Part shown: positions 11,481 through 18,481 of the stretch, one piece after another
Position numbering within the stretch: the first letter of the stretch is position 1
Layout: each line of letters begins with the position of its first letter
Assembly (NCBI GenBank): GCA_963728915.1
Contig: CAVSLV010000001.1
Location: forward strand, 352,001 to 416,000
Length of the DNA stretch: 64,000 bases
Direction of reading: 5' to 3'
DNA from: an uncultured Gemmatimonadales bacterium
Lineage (GTDB): Bacteria; Gemmatimonadota; Gemmatimonadetes; Gemmatimonadales; GWC2-71-9
Notes under the pieces: generated by a model
Told to the model about the DNA's origin: nothing
The model's input: only the letters and a program-made list of their open reading frames with translations
The model's database searches: none
Program-made: the position numbers and the translations under genes

Positions 11481-12075
11481 ATACCGATACGCTCGCGGTA
11501 GCGGTCTTTCCTTCTGCCGAAGCGGTGATGGTGACCGGGCCACCCTCGCGAACCGCGATAACAACCCCGGTCACCGTCACCGTGGCGATGTTGTTGTCGC
11601 TCGAGCTCCAGGAGATATCCCGGCCGTTCAACTGGCTTCCGTTCGCGTCGAACGCAGTGGCGGTCAGCGTCTGGCTGGCACCAACCAGGAGGTGGAATTC
11701 GCCCGGTTCGACGGTAATCCGATCGATCGGGACCGCTCGAACCGAAACCGAGGCGCTCCCCACGATGCCGTCTACCGTTGCCTGCACCTGCACCGGCCCC
11801 CCGACCCCGAGCCCGGTGACCAGTCCGCTGCCCGACACCGAGGCAATGGATGGATTCGAGGACGACCAGGCAACCGCTCGGCCGGTGACCGTCACGCCGC
11901 TCGTAGTCTTGGGGGTGGCGGAGAGCTGGAGCGTCTGACCCACGATGAGGTCTCCGCTCGGCGGCGCCACTTCGACCCGGGCGACCACCAGCACGTTGGT
12001 CACTCCTCCTCCGGAGGAGCACTCCATGGTGAGCAGGGCGGCCGTGAGAGCGACAACGGAACGACGAAGCGACAT
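1..12075 (-). CDS. Giant repetitive Ig-like surface (lipo)protein/adhesin, partial (3' end beyond window), >=4025 aa
   Basis: Manual translation from ATG 12075: MSLRRSVVALTAALLTMECSSGGG, two Big_2-like units (..LSATPK..WSSSNPSIASVSGSGLVTG; ..WSSSDNNIATV..), then 107-aa repeats (TQLAITTQP..QPAIAIRDAQGNTV..AVNGVATFTNVTLSG..NYVLRFTSSP). The frame at position 1-3 matches; absence from the ORF track is consistent with no stop. Confidence 0.92.
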   Translation of the reverse strand, partial: MSLRRSVVALTAALLTMECSSGGGVTNVLVVARVEVAPPSGDLIVGQTLQLSATPKTTSGVTVTGRAVAWSSSNPSIASVSGSGLVTGLGVGGPVQVQATVDGIVGSASVSVRAVPIDRITVEPGEFHLLVGASQTLTATAFDANGSQLNGRDISWSSSDNNIATVTVTGVVIAVREGGPVTITASAEGKTATASVSVSTRPPTRLGFATQPGNVVAGQFLPSIKVDLQDDLLTTVLGATNSVTIALAANPGGATLSGVTTRNAVNGTATFTDLTLDRVGTGYSLQVSSPGLVPAISNAFSVSAGSVSQASFATPPPDSARSGAPLSPAPVIQLRDGSGNPVHQAGVTITANAATTLPDREEPAPGAAVTAALTLTGNMAITNDNGVATFANLSVSGATGEYNLIFTAPGMAPLTSGTIELLPGSGTTLFIATQPGVSAQSNTPLSIQPAIRLHDAFGNDVPQSGVVVTASLASGSGDVGGNTTANTNGSGLAAFLGLSISGPVGTYTLRFSAPDYSPVVSSPVIVGPGAPSQLAMVTQPTAALASGTLFTQQPVVRLQDASGNSVGLAGITVTATVFPDANLLGGIFSTTDATGLAPFAGLGLSGLAGNYTLTFRASGISPASSVPIALGVGVPTRLTFTQQPSTAAQSGVSFPQQPALQLRDGGGNPVTQQGVAVNAALSGPAGGSLIGSTTATTGAGGLATFAGLGVAGPVGNYQVAFTANSGALLSGPSGVIALGPGPASQLVLTQQPVGGASGGPLATQPVLAIRDAQGNTVTGDNTTQVSVTISSGVGGNLSGTLTRTAAGGVVTFNDLSLAGTAGQSYQLRFGISGNPVPPALSGSVVVSAGTASQLVLTQQPAGGLSGAPLPTQPVLAIRDAQGNTVLTDNSTQVSVAIFSGGGGTLGGTLTRTAVNGVVTFTGLTLSGTVGTNYVLRFTSSPALTAVNSGNVMVTAGTATQLSLTQQPAGGASGAPLATQPVVAIRDAQGNTVTTDNSTQVTVAIASGTGGTLGGTLTRTAANGVVTFSGVTLAGTVGTNYTLGFSSTPALTPVTSGNVAVTAGAATQLAITQQPVGGASGAVLPTQPIVAIRDAQGNTVTGDNTTQVTIAIQSGAGGALGGTLTRTAVNGVVSFTAVTLAGTVGTNYVLRFTSSPALTAVNSSDLTLTAGAASQLVLTQQPVGATSGTALATQPVVAIRDAQGNTVTTDNTTQVTVAIFSGAGGTLGGTVTGTAVNGVATFTNVTLAGAVGTNYVLRFTSSPALTPVNSSNVTVTAGNATQLVLTQQPVGGPSGSALATQPVVAIRDAQGNTVATDNTTQVTAGILSGVGGTLGGSVTGTAVNGVVTFTNLTMAGTVGTNYVLQFTSSPALTPANSNSLTVTPGAGTQLVITQQPAGGASGGTLTTQPIVAVRDAQGNTVTGDNTTQVTVAIFSGAGGTLGGTLTRTVANGVATFTGVTLSGTVGTNYTLRFTSVPALAAATSGNVSVTPGAASQLTITQQPVGGASGAVLATQPIVAIRDAQGNTVTSDNSTQVTVAISSGVGGSLGGTLARTAIGGVVSFTGVTLSGGVGTNYALQFTSNPVLAPAISNGVTLTAGAANKLGITTQPVGGSSGVALATQPVIAIQDAQGNTVTGDNTTQVTVQIGSGAGGALGGTLTRTASGGVVTFTGVSLSGVVGTSYVLQFTSSPVLTSISSNNVTVTAGTANKLGITQQPVGGTSGAVLATQPIVVIQDAQGNTVTGDNTTQVTVQISSGAGGGLGGTLTRTASGGVVTFTGLTLSGVVGTNYVLQFTSNPVLTSVSSNNVTVTAGAANKLGITTQPVGAASGAALATQPIVVIQDAQGNTVTSDNTTQVTVQIGSGAGGSLGGTLTRTAASGVVTFTGVTLSGVVGTNYVLQFTSSPVLTSVNSNNVTVTAGAANKLGITQQPVGGASGAALATQPIVVIQDAQGNTVTGDNTTQVSVGILSGAGGSLGGTLTRTASSGVVAFTGVTLSGVVGTNYVLQFTSSPALTAASSNNVTVTAGTPSKLGITTQPVGGASGAALATQPVVAIQDAGGNTVTSDNTTQVTVAILSGAGGSLGGTLTRTASGGVVTFTGVTLSGVVGTNYVLRFTSSPVLTAVNSGNVTVTAGAASQLAITQPPTGGASGAALSTQPIVAIRDAQGNTVTTDNGTQVSVALFSGAGGAVGGTTTVTAVNGVATFTGVTLSGTVGTNYVLRFTSSPVLTPVNSGNVTVTAGTATQLAITTQPVGGANGATLATQPAIAIRDAQGNTVTTDNGTQVSVALFSGAGGAVGGTTTVTAVNGVATFTNVTLSGTVGTNYVLRFTSSPVLTPVNSGNVTVTAGAANKLGITTQPVGGASGAALATQPIVVIQDAQGNTVTGDNTTQVTVAILSGAGGSLGGTLTRTAVGGVVTFTGVTLSGGVGTNYVLQFTSNPVLASVISNGVTLTAGVANKLGITTQPVGGSSGGALATQPVIAIQDAQGNTVTGDNTTQVTVAILSGAGGSLGGTLTRTASGGVVTFTGVTLSGVVGTNYVLRFTSSPVLTAVNSGNVTVTAGAASQLAITQPPTGGASGAALSTQPIVAIRDAQGNTVTTDNGTQVSVALFSGAGGAVGGTTTVTAVNGVATFTGVTLSGTVGTNYVLRFTSSPVLTPVNSGNVTVTAGTATQLAITTQPVGGANGATLATQPAIAIRDAQGNTVTTDNGTQVSVALFSGAGGAVGGTTTVTAVNGVATFTNVTLSGTVGTNYVLRFTSSPVLTAVNSGNVTVTAGAASQLAITQPPTGGASGAALSTQPIVAIRDAQGNTVTTDNGTQVSVALFSGAGGAVGGTTTVTAVNGVATFTNVTLSGTVGTNYVLRFTSSPVLTAVNSGNVTVTAGAASQLAITQPPTGGASGAALSTQPIVAIRDAQGNTVTTDNGTQVSVALFSGAGGAVGGTTTVTAVNGVATFTGVTLSGTVGTNYVLRFTSSPVLTAVNSGNVTVTAGAASQLAITQPPTGGASGAALSTQPIVAIRDAQGNTVTTDNGTQVSVALFSGAGGAVGGTTTVTAVNGVATFTNVTLSGTVGTNYVLRFTSSPVLTPVNSGNVTVTAGTATQLAITTQPVGGANGATLATQPAIAIRDAQGNTVTTDNGTQVSVALFSGAGGAVGGTTTVTAVNGVATFTNVTLSGTVGTNYVLRFTSSPVLTPVNSGNVTVTAGAANKLGITTQPVGGASGAALATQPIVVIQDAQGNTVTGDNTTQVTVAILSGAGGSLGGTLTRTAVGGVVTFTGVTLSGGVGTNYVLQFTSNPVLASVISNGVTLTAGVANKLGITTQPVGGSSGGALATQPVIAIQDAQGNTVTGDNTTQVTVAILSGAGGGLGGTLTRTAVGGVVTFTGVTLSGVVGTSYVLQFTSSPVLTSVSSTNVTVTAGAANKLGITQQPVGGASGAALATQPVIAIQDAQGNTVTGDNATQVTLQIGSGAGGALGGTLTRTAVGGVVTFTNAALSGVVGTSYVLQFTSSPVLTPVNSGNVTVTAGTATQLAITTQPVGGANGATLATQPAIAIRDAQGNTVTTDNGTQVSVALFSGAGGAVGGTTTVTAVNGVATFTNVTLSGTVGTNYVLRFTSSPVLTPVNSGNVTVTAGTATQLAITTQPVGGASGAALATQPVVAIQDAGGNTVTSDNTTLVTVAILSGAGGSLGGTLTRTAVGGVVSFTGVTLSGVVGTNYVLQFTSSPALTATGSNNVTVTLGAATQLAITTQPVGGASGGNLATQPVVAIRDGGGNTVTTDNTTQVTVAILSGAGGGLGGTLTRTAVGGVVTFTGVTLSGVVGTSYVLQFTSSPVLTSVSSTNVTVTAGAANKLGITTQPVGGASGGNLSTQPVVAIRDGGGNTVTSDNTTQVTVAIFSGAGGALGGTQTVTAVNGVASFSTVTLSGVVGTNYVLRFTSSPALTAVNSGNVTVTAGTATQLAITTQPVGGANGATLATQPAIAIRDAQGNTVTTDNGTQVSVALFSGAGGAVGGTTTVTAVNGVATFTN

Positions 12076-12094
12076 CACCGGACGGAAACCGACG

Positions 12095-12643
12095 CTAAAG
12101 TCCCAACCCGAGTCCGGCCCGCACCATCGCGTAGCGCGACGGGAGGTCACCCCGGACCTCGAAATACTGCCCCCCGAGATCGGCCGACAAGCGACTGCTG
12201 AGACGAATCAGGAAGCCCCCGCCTCCCCCGTATCCGACACTGGTATCACCCACGTTGAAGTCCTGCGAGCCGCTCACCAGCTTGCCGGCCCCCACCCGGC
12301 CCGCCAGGTAGACGGCGATCAAGCGGGACGCGCTCACCACGTAGCGAGGCTCGATGAAGCCGAACGAAAGCTGGAGGGTCGGGGGAGGACTGCCTTCGGT
12401 GAAGGCGAACACCGTGCTGCGCTGATACCCGGCCCCCAGCGAGAATCGCCCGAACGTATAGCGAAGCTGCCCCTCCCAGCCGATCCGGGTCCGGGATTCA
12501 AAGGCCGGGTCCTTCTGGGTGGAGAACAGGACTGCCCCGGAGCCCTGCACCGAAAGACGCTGGAGCGACTGCGCGGCGGCCGGCGTGGCCAGCGCCGAAA
12601 CCAGGAGGACGAAGCCGGGCACACGGGAGCCAGTGAGCTGCAT
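12095..12643 (-). CDS. Outer membrane beta-barrel protein (small, OmpA/OmpW-like)
   Basis: Signal peptide ending AAAQ, alternating aromatic/Gly beta-strands (GWEGQLRYTF, FSLGAGYQ, FGFIEPRY, ADLGGQY), C-terminal strand RAGLGLGL; alternative start 12652. Confidence 0.8.
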   Translation of the reverse strand: MQLTGSRVPGFVLLVSALATPAAAQSLQRLSVQGSGAVLFSTQKDPAFESRTRIGWEGQLRYTFGRFSLGAGYQRSTVFAFTEGSPPPTLQLSFGFIEPRYVVSASRLIAVYLAGRVGAGKLVSGSQDFNVGDTSVGYGGGGGFLIRLSSRLSADLGGQYFEVRGDLPSRYAMVRAGLGLGL

Positions 12644-12669
12644 GAGATCCATTCCGAGGTGCGAGGTCC

Positions 12670-14064
12670 CTAGGGGACCGGGTTGAGCAGACGGGCGCCG
12701 TCGAACCGCCATTCGGACCCGACATACGAGGCGATCCCGACGAACTGACCGGTCTTCCGGTCGCCCACTCCGAAGTCGCCCCGCCATTCGAACTGGACCG
12801 TGAATTTCGCTTCTGCCCGGTTCGCGGCAAGGGTCGTACCCTCGATCTTCATCAGGCTCGCCCTGGGAGAATAGTCGCTGATCAGCTTGATGAACCGCTC
12901 CCGGCGCTTGAGGTCGCCCGAGAGGCTCTCCGGGAGCAGGCGCGCAAGGTTCTCGAGGTGCCTGCTGTTGATTGCATCCACCAGGCGGCCCACCCCGGTG
13001 GTGACCAGTTGCGACGCCTCCACCCGGTCCGCTTCCGGGTCTCTCGGCGGAGGTTCCTTGACCGGCACCGGCGGTGGCGGACTGGGAGCGGGGGCGGGGC
13101 TGGGTGCCGGCGCCGGGGCGACCGGAAGATCGGGGACCGGCACCGAAGTGACCGGTGGAATCTGGGTCTTGGGTTTTTCCTGGGACTCCGTCCGGGTCCG
13201 CTGGATCGAGTCGCGAGCCGCCTGGGCCGCAAACCGGCTCCGTTCCTCGGCGGCGCTGACGTCGCGGAGCGCGAGGACCAGCGAATCCACCACCGCCTGG
13301 GCGGAGTCCTGATTCACGTCGGAGCCTTTCCCGGTGGGAATCGGCGCGTCCACGGCCTCGATGAAGATGAACGCGGGAACCTGCGCCGAGGCCGGCTTGG
13401 TGGTGACGAACCAGGCGACGCTCGAGCCGGTGGCCACCAGCGCGATCAGCATGGCCTGGAGCAGGCTGCGCTTGCGGCGCTTGAGCTGGACCCGGCGCAG
13501 CCGGTCGGCTTCCTCGAGCTCGGGGCTGTATTTGAGCGCCGGGGTCTGCGCGTTAGGGAGCGCCAGCGCCTTGCCGTAGGGCCCCGCCTCGGGAAGAAGC
13601 CAGAGCGGCGGACTCAGCCGGACCTTGCGCTCCGCGATCGCGGCCCGGATCACCAGCACCGTCAGGATGACCAGCAGACCCAGCGAGATTCCGCCCAGCA
13701 CCACCGGCGCGGTCGTGCGGCGATCCAGCCGTTGCTGGTCGAGCTCCTCGAACAGCAGGGGACCGCCCTCGATCTGGTGGGACGAGAGCTTGGCCCGGAC
13801 CCGAAGCGCGCCGCCGTCCCGGGGCAGGCGGTCGGTCCGGATCAGCACCCCATCGGGATCGGTGGCGTCGATGATGCGATAGAAGCCGGCGCGGGCGGCG
13901 GGAGAGGTCGACCGGATATCGACGACATCACCCTCGATGCTGACCTCTTTCGCGCCCAGGGTCTCCCGGCCCGCCTTGAGGTCGGCGATCCAGGACCTTG
14001 GCGGAGGCGCCTGGCCCTGGAGAAAAAGTCCCGCCGCGAGGAGTCGGCTGGCGCGCAACAGCAT
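12670..14064 (-). CDS. Hypothetical membrane protein (possible OB-fold N-domain, 2 TM, Pro-rich linker, C-terminal alpha/beta domain)
   Basis: 464-aa ORF with signal-like N-terminus, two hydrophobic segments and PAPAPSPAPAPSPPPP linker. Confidence 0.75.
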   Translation of the reverse strand: MLLRASRLLAAGLFLQGQAPPPRSWIADLKAGRETLGAKEVSIEGDVVDIRSTSPAARAGFYRIIDATDPDGVLIRTDRLPRDGGALRVRAKLSSHQIEGGPLLFEELDQQRLDRRTTAPVVLGGISLGLLVILTVLVIRAAIAERKVRLSPPLWLLPEAGPYGKALALPNAQTPALKYSPELEEADRLRRVQLKRRKRSLLQAMLIALVATGSSVAWFVTTKPASAQVPAFIFIEAVDAPIPTGKGSDVNQDSAQAVVDSLVLALRDVSAAEERSRFAAQAARDSIQRTRTESQEKPKTQIPPVTSVPVPDLPVAPAPAPSPAPAPSPPPPVPVKEPPPRDPEADRVEASQLVTTGVGRLVDAINSRHLENLARLLPESLSGDLKRRERFIKLISDYSPRASLMKIEGTTLAANRAEAKFTVQFEWRGDFGVGDRKTGQFVGIASYVGSEWRFDGARLLNPVP

Positions 14065-14095
14065 CCCGGAAAGATAATCCCGAGTCGGAACCGCC

Positions 14096-14124
14096 TTGAA
14101 CCTCCGGTGGCCGGGGGCTAACTT
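14096..14124 (+). promoter_or_regulatory. Putative sigma70 promoter of the FmdB-argS operon
   Basis: TTGAAC-17 bp-TAACTT upstream of ATG 14161. Confidence 0.55.
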
Positions 14125-14160
14125 TCAGCGTTACATTCGGTTAGCCCATCCGGAAGGACC

Positions 14161-14487
14161 ATGCCAACCTACGAGTACCGCTGCCCCCGCGGGCATGAAT
14201 TCGAGAGAATCCTGAAGATCACCGATACCGCCCGGGTGAAGTGTCCCCAGTGTGGTCGGGTGGCCCAGCGAATAATCTCGGGCGGAGCGGGCCTCATCTT
14301 CAAGGGATCCGGATTCTACATCACCGATTACGGGAAGGACGGCAAAGGTCCCGCCAGGCCCAGCGAAGCGGAGTCCAAGGCGGAATCGCCGGCGTCGTCC
14401 GAGGCCACGCCTAACCCGGAGAAGCCGTCTTCCGGGGAGAAATCCGGCAAGCCCTCGAAGAAATCCGGCAAGAAAGCCAAGCCGTGA
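14161..14487 (+). CDS. FmdB family zinc-ribbon regulatory protein
   Basis: MPTYEYRC..H..CPQCG..FKGSGFYITDY motif with a low-complexity S/K tail. Confidence 0.9.
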   Translation: MPTYEYRCPRGHEFERILKITDTARVKCPQCGRVAQRIISGGAGLIFKGSGFYITDYGKDGKGPARPSEAESKAESPASSEATPNPEKPSSGEKSGKPSKKSGKKAKP

Positions 14488-16121
14488 CCGAGGCGATCCG
14501 CGCCGCCCTCTCCCGGGTGGCGTCCGGGATGGGTGCGCCCGAGGCGGAGTTCGTGCTCGAGCGGCCCCGCGAATCGGGGCACGGGGACCTCGCGACCAAC
14601 CTGGCCATGGTGCTGGCCCGGGCCCGGAAGACCAATCCCAGAAACCTGGCGAACGACATCGTGGAGAAGCTCGCCCTTCCCGAGAGCCTGGTCTCCCGGA
14701 CCGAAATCGCGGGACCCGGCTTCATCAATTTCTGGCTCGCCGAGGACCAGCTGGTCTCCGTGCTGGCGACCATTCTCCGGGCGGGCGAGCGCTACGGCCG
14801 CGCCGACTTCGGCCGGGGCGTCCGGGTGAACGTGGAGTTCGTGTCGGCCAATCCGACCGGCCCGCTGCACGTGGGACATGGACGGGGAGCCGCCCTGGGC
14901 GACGCGATCGCGGCGCTGCTGGAATGGACCGGACATGAGGTCACCCGGGAGTTCTACATCAACGACGCCGGGGTACAGATCGATCGCCTGGTCGAGAGTC
15001 TCTGGGCCCGGATCCGGCAGCAGCAGGGCCTGGCCGCCGACATTCCCGAGGGCGGCTATCACGGCGAATACCTGATCGAGGCCGCCGGCCGCGCCGTAGC
15101 CGGGCTCGATCCCGGGGTCCTCGCCGGCGACCTCGCCACCGCGGCGCCGGCGCTCCGCCGCTTCATTCTCGAGGCGCAACGCGCCGAACAGGACGAGCTG
15201 CTCACCGACTTCGGGGTCCGCTTCGACCGGATGAGCTCGGAGCAGTCCCTCTACGACGATGGCCGGGTGAGCGCCACGATCGAGGAGCTCGGCGCGCGGG
15301 GGCTCACCTACCAGCGGGACGGCGCGCTCTGGCTCCGGACCGAATCGCAGGGGGACGACAAGGACCGGGTGCTCCGGAAGAGCGACGGTACCCTCACCTA
15401 CCTGGTGCCGGACCTGGCCTACCACCGCGACAAGCACGAGCGCGGGTTCGACCGGGTGATCGATGTGTGGGGCGCCGATCATCACGGCTACATCGGGCGG
15501 ATGCGGGCCGCGCTGCGGGCCCTGGGCTATCCCGAGGATTTCTTCGAGGTCGCGATGGTGCAGCTCGTCAAGGTGGTCCGGGCCGGGGAGGAAGTCCGGA
15601 TGTCCAAGCGGGCCGGCGACTATGTCACCCTGCGCGAGCTGCTCGACTGGGTTGGAGTGGACGCGGCCCGGTACTTCTTCCTGATGCGGCGGAGCGAGGC
15701 CCCGTTCGTGTTCGATGTGGACCTGGCCCGCAAGCAGACCGACGAGAATCCGATCTTCTACGTCCAGATGGCCCACGCCCGGATGACCGGCATTTTCCGG
15801 GTGGCCGGCCGGAGCGTCGAGTCCACCGGGGAGAGCGCCGCGCTGGACGCCCTGCCGGCGGCGGAAGATGCCGCGCTGCTCAAGCTGCTGCCCAAATTCC
15901 CCGAGACCGTGTCCGGGGCGGCCCAGGCCCGGGAGCCCCACCGGATCACCGCCTTCCTGGAGGAGCTGGCCCAGGTGGCCCACGGCTGGTATCACCACTG
16001 TCGCGTGTTAGGGGAGCCGCCCCCGGTGGAAGCCGCCCGCCTGGTGCTGGCCCGGGCCACCCGGCAGGTGCTCGGCAACGGGCTCCGCCTGCTCGGGCTC
16101 AGCGCCCCGGACCGGATGTGA
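14484..16121 (+). CDS. argS: Arginine--tRNA ligase
   Basis: EFVSANPTGPLHVGHGR, WGADHHGY and MSKRAG motifs. Confidence 0.97.
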   Translation: MTEAIRAALSRVASGMGAPEAEFVLERPRESGHGDLATNLAMVLARARKTNPRNLANDIVEKLALPESLVSRTEIAGPGFINFWLAEDQLVSVLATILRAGERYGRADFGRGVRVNVEFVSANPTGPLHVGHGRGAALGDAIAALLEWTGHEVTREFYINDAGVQIDRLVESLWARIRQQQGLAADIPEGGYHGEYLIEAAGRAVAGLDPGVLAGDLATAAPALRRFILEAQRAEQDELLTDFGVRFDRMSSEQSLYDDGRVSATIEELGARGLTYQRDGALWLRTESQGDDKDRVLRKSDGTLTYLVPDLAYHRDKHERGFDRVIDVWGADHHGYIGRMRAALRALGYPEDFFEVAMVQLVKVVRAGEEVRMSKRAGDYVTLRELLDWVGVDAARYFFLMRRSEAPFVFDVDLARKQTDENPIFYVQMAHARMTGIFRVAGRSVESTGESAALDALPAAEDAALLKLLPKFPETVSGAAQAREPHRITAFLEELAQVAHGWYHHCRVLGEPPPVEAARLVLARATRQVLGNGLRLLGLSAPDRM

Positions 16122-16125
16122 CCCG

Positions 16126-17046
16126 GTGAGCCTCCTCGTGGTGGGAAGCGTCGCGCTCGATTCGGTGTTCACCCCCTTCGGGGAAACCGCCGACGCGCTG
16201 GGCGGCTCGGCGGTCTACTTCAGCGTGGCCGCCTCGCTCCTCCACCCGGTCCGGGTGGTCGGCGTGGTGGGCGACGACTACCCGATCGAGGCGCTGGAGC
16301 AGCTTTCCGCCCGGGGGATCGACTGGTCCGGAGTGGAGCGGGTCCAGGGGGAGAGCTTCCGCTGGAAGGGGAAGTATTCCTACGACCTCCAGAGCCGGGA
16401 AACGCTCGAAACCCGGCTCGGCGTCTTCGCCAGCTTCCAGCCCAAGCTCCCCGCCGCCTGGCGCGACGCCCGGTACGTGTTCCTCGGGAACATCGATCCG
16501 GTGCTCCAGCTCGGAGTGCTCGACCAGATTGCCGCCCCCAAGCTGGTCGTCTGCGACACCATGAACTACTGGATCAAGGGACAGAAGCCCGATCTCCTCA
16601 AGCTGCTCAAGCGGGTGGACATCCTGCTGGTGAATGACGGCGAGGCGCGGGAGCTGTCGGGCGACTGGAATATCCACCGCGCGGGACGCTGGATCCTGAA
16701 CCGCGGGCCCAAGCGCGTGGTGGTGAAGCAGGGCGAGTACGGCGCGCTGATGATCGAGCAGGAACGCACCTTCTATGTCCCGGCCTACCCGCTCGAGGAG
16801 GTATTCGACCCGACCGGCGCCGGCGATGCCTTCGCCGGCGGGTTCGTGGGTTACCTGGCCCGCTCCGGCTCGGTGTCCTCCGCGGCAATGCGGCGGGCCA
16901 TGGTGTATGGGTCGGCCATGGGCGGGTTCGCGGTGCAGGGCTTCGGCCTCAAGGGATTCGAGGGCATCGACTCCGGCGCCATCACCCGGCGGGTGCATGC
17001 CTTCGTCGACCTGACCCACGTCCCCGAAGCGGAGCCGCTCGAGTGA
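16126..17046 (+). CDS. PfkB family carbohydrate/nucleoside kinase
   Basis: GGSAVYF and DPTGAGDAFAGG signatures. Confidence 0.93.
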   Translation: MSLLVVGSVALDSVFTPFGETADALGGSAVYFSVAASLLHPVRVVGVVGDDYPIEALEQLSARGIDWSGVERVQGESFRWKGKYSYDLQSRETLETRLGVFASFQPKLPAAWRDARYVFLGNIDPVLQLGVLDQIAAPKLVVCDTMNYWIKGQKPDLLKLLKRVDILLVNDGEARELSGDWNIHRAGRWILNRGPKRVVVKQGEYGALMIEQERTFYVPAYPLEEVFDPTGAGDAFAGGFVGYLARSGSVSSAAMRRAMVYGSAMGGFAVQGFGLKGFEGIDSGAITRRVHAFVDLTHVPEAEPLE

Positions 17047-18065
17047 GCGGGACTCGTTACCGGGACTCCGGGGTGGATCTGGCCCGCGCCGATTCCGCCA
17101 AGGAGCGCATCGCGAGCCTGGTGGCCCGGGCGCGCACCGCCAATGCGCTCGGGAAGATCGGCGGATTCGGCGGAATGGTTCGGGTGCCCGAGGGAATGAC
17201 CCGGCCGGTCCTGGTGATGAGCACCGACGGGGTGGGAACCAAGGTCCTGGTGGCCCGGGCGGCCGAACGCTATACCACGGTGGGCGAAGACCTGGTCAAC
17301 CACTCGGTCAACGATATCCTGGTCCACGGCGCCAGGCCGCTCGCGTTTCTCGACTACCTGGCCGGCGCCGAGCTGCCCGAAGCGCGGATCGAGGCGATCG
17401 TCGAGGGCGTAACCCGGGGATGCGAGCGGCATCAGATGGACCTGGCCGGGGGCGAAACCGCCGAAATGCCCGGGCTCTACCGCTCCGGCGAATTCGATCT
17501 GGCCGGCACCATCGTCGGGGTGGTCGAGGAAGGGAAGGCGATCCACGGGACCGGCATCCAGCCCGGTCACCTGCTGGTCGGGTACGAGTCGACCGGCCTC
17601 CACACCAACGGATACAGCCTGGCCCGCCGGATCGTGTTCGACGAGCAACGCTTGCGGATCGACGATCGGCTCGGCGACACCGGTCAGTCGGTGGCCGACG
17701 CGTTGCTGGCGGTGCACCGCAGCTACTACGACGCGGTCGCCCCGGTGCTCGACCGGATCGCCGGAATGGCCCACATCACCGGCGGCGGGATCAGAGGCAA
17801 CCTGGTGCGGACTCTGCCCGAAGGCATCGAGGCATCGATCGATCCGGCGAGCTGGAGCCTTCCCCCTCTCTTTCGCTACTTGCAGGAAGCCGGTGGGATT
17901 CCAATGGACGAAATGCGCGAGGTATTCAATCTCGGAGTCGGCTTCATTGCGGTCACCCCGGCCGATGCGGTGGAGACGGTGCGGCAGGCCGCGCAGCGGG
18001 CGGAGGTGCCCACCTGGGTGATCGGCGCCACGCGAAAGGGGATCCGCGGAGTTCGCTTCGAGTGA
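17043..18065 (+). CDS. purM: Phosphoribosylformylglycinamidine cyclo-ligase
   Basis: STDGVGTK, GGETAEMPG, GLHTNGYSL and AHITGGG motifs. Confidence 0.97.
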   Translation: MSGTRYRDSGVDLARADSAKERIASLVARARTANALGKIGGFGGMVRVPEGMTRPVLVMSTDGVGTKVLVARAAERYTTVGEDLVNHSVNDILVHGARPLAFLDYLAGAELPEARIEAIVEGVTRGCERHQMDLAGGETAEMPGLYRSGEFDLAGTIVGVVEEGKAIHGTGIQPGHLLVGYESTGLHTNGYSLARRIVFDEQRLRIDDRLGDTGQSVADALLAVHRSYYDAVAPVLDRIAGMAHITGGGIRGNLVRTLPEGIEASIDPASWSLPPLFRYLQEAGGIPMDEMREVFNLGVGFIAVTPADAVETVRQAAQRAEVPTWVIGATRKGIRGVRFE

Positions 18066-18481
18066 CCCGGCTCCGTCCGGAAAGCCGGGCCCGGGCCCGG
18101 GCCCTTCAGCTTCTCTACGCATGGGAATCCGACGCGCGTCCGGCGCCGGACCAGGTGCTGGCGCGACTCGAGGTGGTGCTCGGCACGGAGCCGAGCGTCC
18201 GCCGGATGGCGACGGACCTGTTCCGGGGCGTCGTGGCCCAGGCCGGGAGGCTCGACGCCGAGATTGGGCCCGCCGCCGCGCACTGGCGGCTCGACCGGCT
18301 CGCGCTGGTCGATCGCAATATTCTGCGGATCGCCGTGTTCGAGCTGTTGCATCAGCGGGTGCCGCCCCGCGTCGCGATCGACGAAGCCCTTTGGCTCTCT
18401 CACCGCTTCGGCGGATCCCAGACTCCCGCGTTCGTCAACGGCGTGCTCGACCAGGTGGCCCGGAGCATGGGACAACTGTGA
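18062..18481 (+). CDS. nusB: Transcription antitermination factor NusB
   Basis: GTG overlapping purM stop; RARALQLLY, DRNILR and FVNGVLD motifs. Confidence 0.93.
   Translation: MTRLRPESRARARALQLLYAWESDARPAPDQVLARLEVVLGTEPSVRRMATDLFRGVVAQAGRLDAEIGPAAAHWRLDRLALVDRNILRIAVFELLHQRVPPRVAIDEALWLSHRFGGSQTPAFVNGVLDQVARSMGQL

Noticed and set aside
365..11938. Many plus-strand ORFs (MVPTTPLRV..., GDRH-rich ORFs)
   Set aside because: Antisense shadows of the giant minus-strand repeat gene.
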